DNA of 64,000 nucleotides from a virus. The notes under the pieces were generated by a model. The model saw only the letters and a program-made list of their open reading frames with translations. It searched no databases and was not told where the DNA came from. The position numbers and the translations under genes were made by a program. Positions within the stretch are counted from its first letter, which is position 1, and each line of letters opens with the position of its first letter. The stretch spans positions 5,110 to 69,109 of IMG/VR virus record IMGVR_UViG_3300012189_000001. The stretch is one strand, 5' to 3'. Below are positions 62,917-64,000 of the stretch, one piece after another.

Positions 62917-63555
62917 TTAGGGTTGAGCCGTCTGGCATGCGAGAGTTCGACGTGGGTTAATGTCTGTACGACTATCCCACCAAAAACATTTTGGATACTG
63001 AAGAGTACCTATCTTCAGGATAACGCGATTCATACTGTAGTGTGCGTTTTCAAGCACACGCTTTATTTCATACTCATTCATGACTGTTCGGTTGCTGTCC
63101 TTGAGCCAACGGGCAAAATGGCGAAAGCAAAAAGCGCTTATTCCCCCCACACATAAAGACGATTGTCGCGCAATGTCGAGGGGAGTGTAATTCTCAGGTG
63201 CTAAAGGCGGAAAAATATAGAAATAATCCCGAATCATTGTATCAACGTTCTGCACACTAAAAGTTGCGGGCTCCTTAAGGAAACTCTCCCTAGACTCGCA
63301 CTCATGCATATGTGCGGAAATTTTCTCAAAGAGCGTGTACATAGCCTCAATCTCAATCTCAAGTGATTTATGGCTTGTACATTCGAGGTCAGTACGCCTT
63401 TCAAGGATATCAAAAGCCTTCGCTACTGCGCCATGCGCTTCAACCAACTCCTCAAACGCGAGATATGTGCGATCACGTACACTCTGCGCTCTTGCTTCAA
63501 TGCGTATTATGCGCGCAGTCTCTTCACGATCTACTAACGGTATAAATCTGGGCAT
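62917..63555 (-). CDS. Hypothetical protein convergent with terS
   Basis: AGGAG RBS; 212 aa. Confidence 0.55.
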   Translation of the reverse strand: MPRFIPLVDREETARIIRIEARAQSVRDRTYLAFEELVEAHGAVAKAFDILERRTDLECTSHKSLEIEIEAMYTLFEKISAHMHECESRESFLKEPATFSVQNVDTMIRDYFYIFPPLAPENYTPLDIARQSSLCVGGISAFCFRHFARWLKDSNRTVMNEYEIKRVLENAHYSMNRVILKIGTLQYPKCFWWDSRTDINPRRTLACQTAQP

Positions 63556-63579
63556 CGGTCAGTCTCCTACAGGGAAATA

Positions 63580-63677
63580 TTGAAGTACTACTTACGTTCT
63601 ATAAACAAAACATATGTCATCTTCTATTCTACTTCTTAAAAATATGTTATTTGTATAGAACGTAAGTAGTACTTCAA
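63580..63677. repeat. 36-bp inverted repeat (3 mismatches, 26-bp spacer)
   Basis: ttgaagtactacttacgttctata... at 63580-63615 versus its reverse complement at 63642-63677. Confidence 0.9.
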
Positions 63678-63920
63678 AAAATGCCATATGTAAGAGCCCC
63701 CAAGCGTTTGTGCGAAAAGCCCGTCGTTATTGGGCGAGGAGCTTTTACCCCTTGTGCAGACAGCCCACCCTGTTGTACCTATTATATATTTATATACGTA
63801 TGCGGTACGATTATTGCTACGCGCGCGCGAAGTACTCATTAGAGTGCTGCGTCTCCTGTGCTGTGCCCTCAGCTCCATTATGTACTAGATATATCTAAAA
63901 AAAGTTATCTGGTACATACA

Positions 63921-64000
63921 GATGAGTAGATGAGTAGATGAGTAGATGAGTAGATGAGTAAATGAGTAAATGAATAAATGAGTAGATGAGTAGATGAGTA
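63921..64000. repeat. 8-bp tandem array (G/A)ATGAGTA x10, running off the window end
   Basis: 5x GATGAGTA, then AATGAGTA, AATGAATA, AATGAGTA and 2x GATGAGTA. Confidence 0.95.

Noticed and set aside
63921-64000. CRISPR array
   Set aside because: The 8-bp units are contiguous with no spacers, and there are no cas genes.
1-64000. Stop-codon reassignment
   Set aside because: Conserved genes are full length under code 11, and TAA, TAG and TGA all end genes at tight junctions.

Overview
The window is most of the genome of a tailed dsDNA phage, probably podovirus-like, read with the standard genetic code; no integrase, tRNA or CRISPR array was seen. + strand 1-36.6 kb is morphogenesis: scaffold (partial), decoration protein, HK97-fold major capsid protein, small Lys-rich proteins, a PurD-like ATP-grasp ligase, fibre/appendage genes, four paralogous adaptor/ring proteins, a nozzle and four ejection proteins (one with an SLT domain). 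- strand 36.6-56.2 kb covers nucleotide metabolism and replication: dCTP deaminase, class II RNR, a UDG-like/PolA fusion, ParB-like, UvrD-like, VRR-NUC, SSB and SNF2. Next come HTH and primase-polymerase (+), early genes (-) including a putative SAM lyase, an OGG-like glycosylase and a pentapeptide-repeat protein, then TerS and a non-coding end with a 36-bp inverted repeat and an 8-bp tandem array. TerL, portal and endolysin are not in the window. Top leads: (1) five consecutive virion-module genes, including a tail-fibre paralogue, with cleavable Sec signal peptides, mostly Gln at +1 and paired Cys, suggesting appendages matured outside the cytoplasm; (2) an ATP-grasp ligase beside Lys-rich micro-ORFs; (3) signs of a non-canonical pyrimidine genome; (4) two ATT-start genes; (5) two three-way-junction RNA leaders. 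All family calls come from motif recognition by eye, not database searches.
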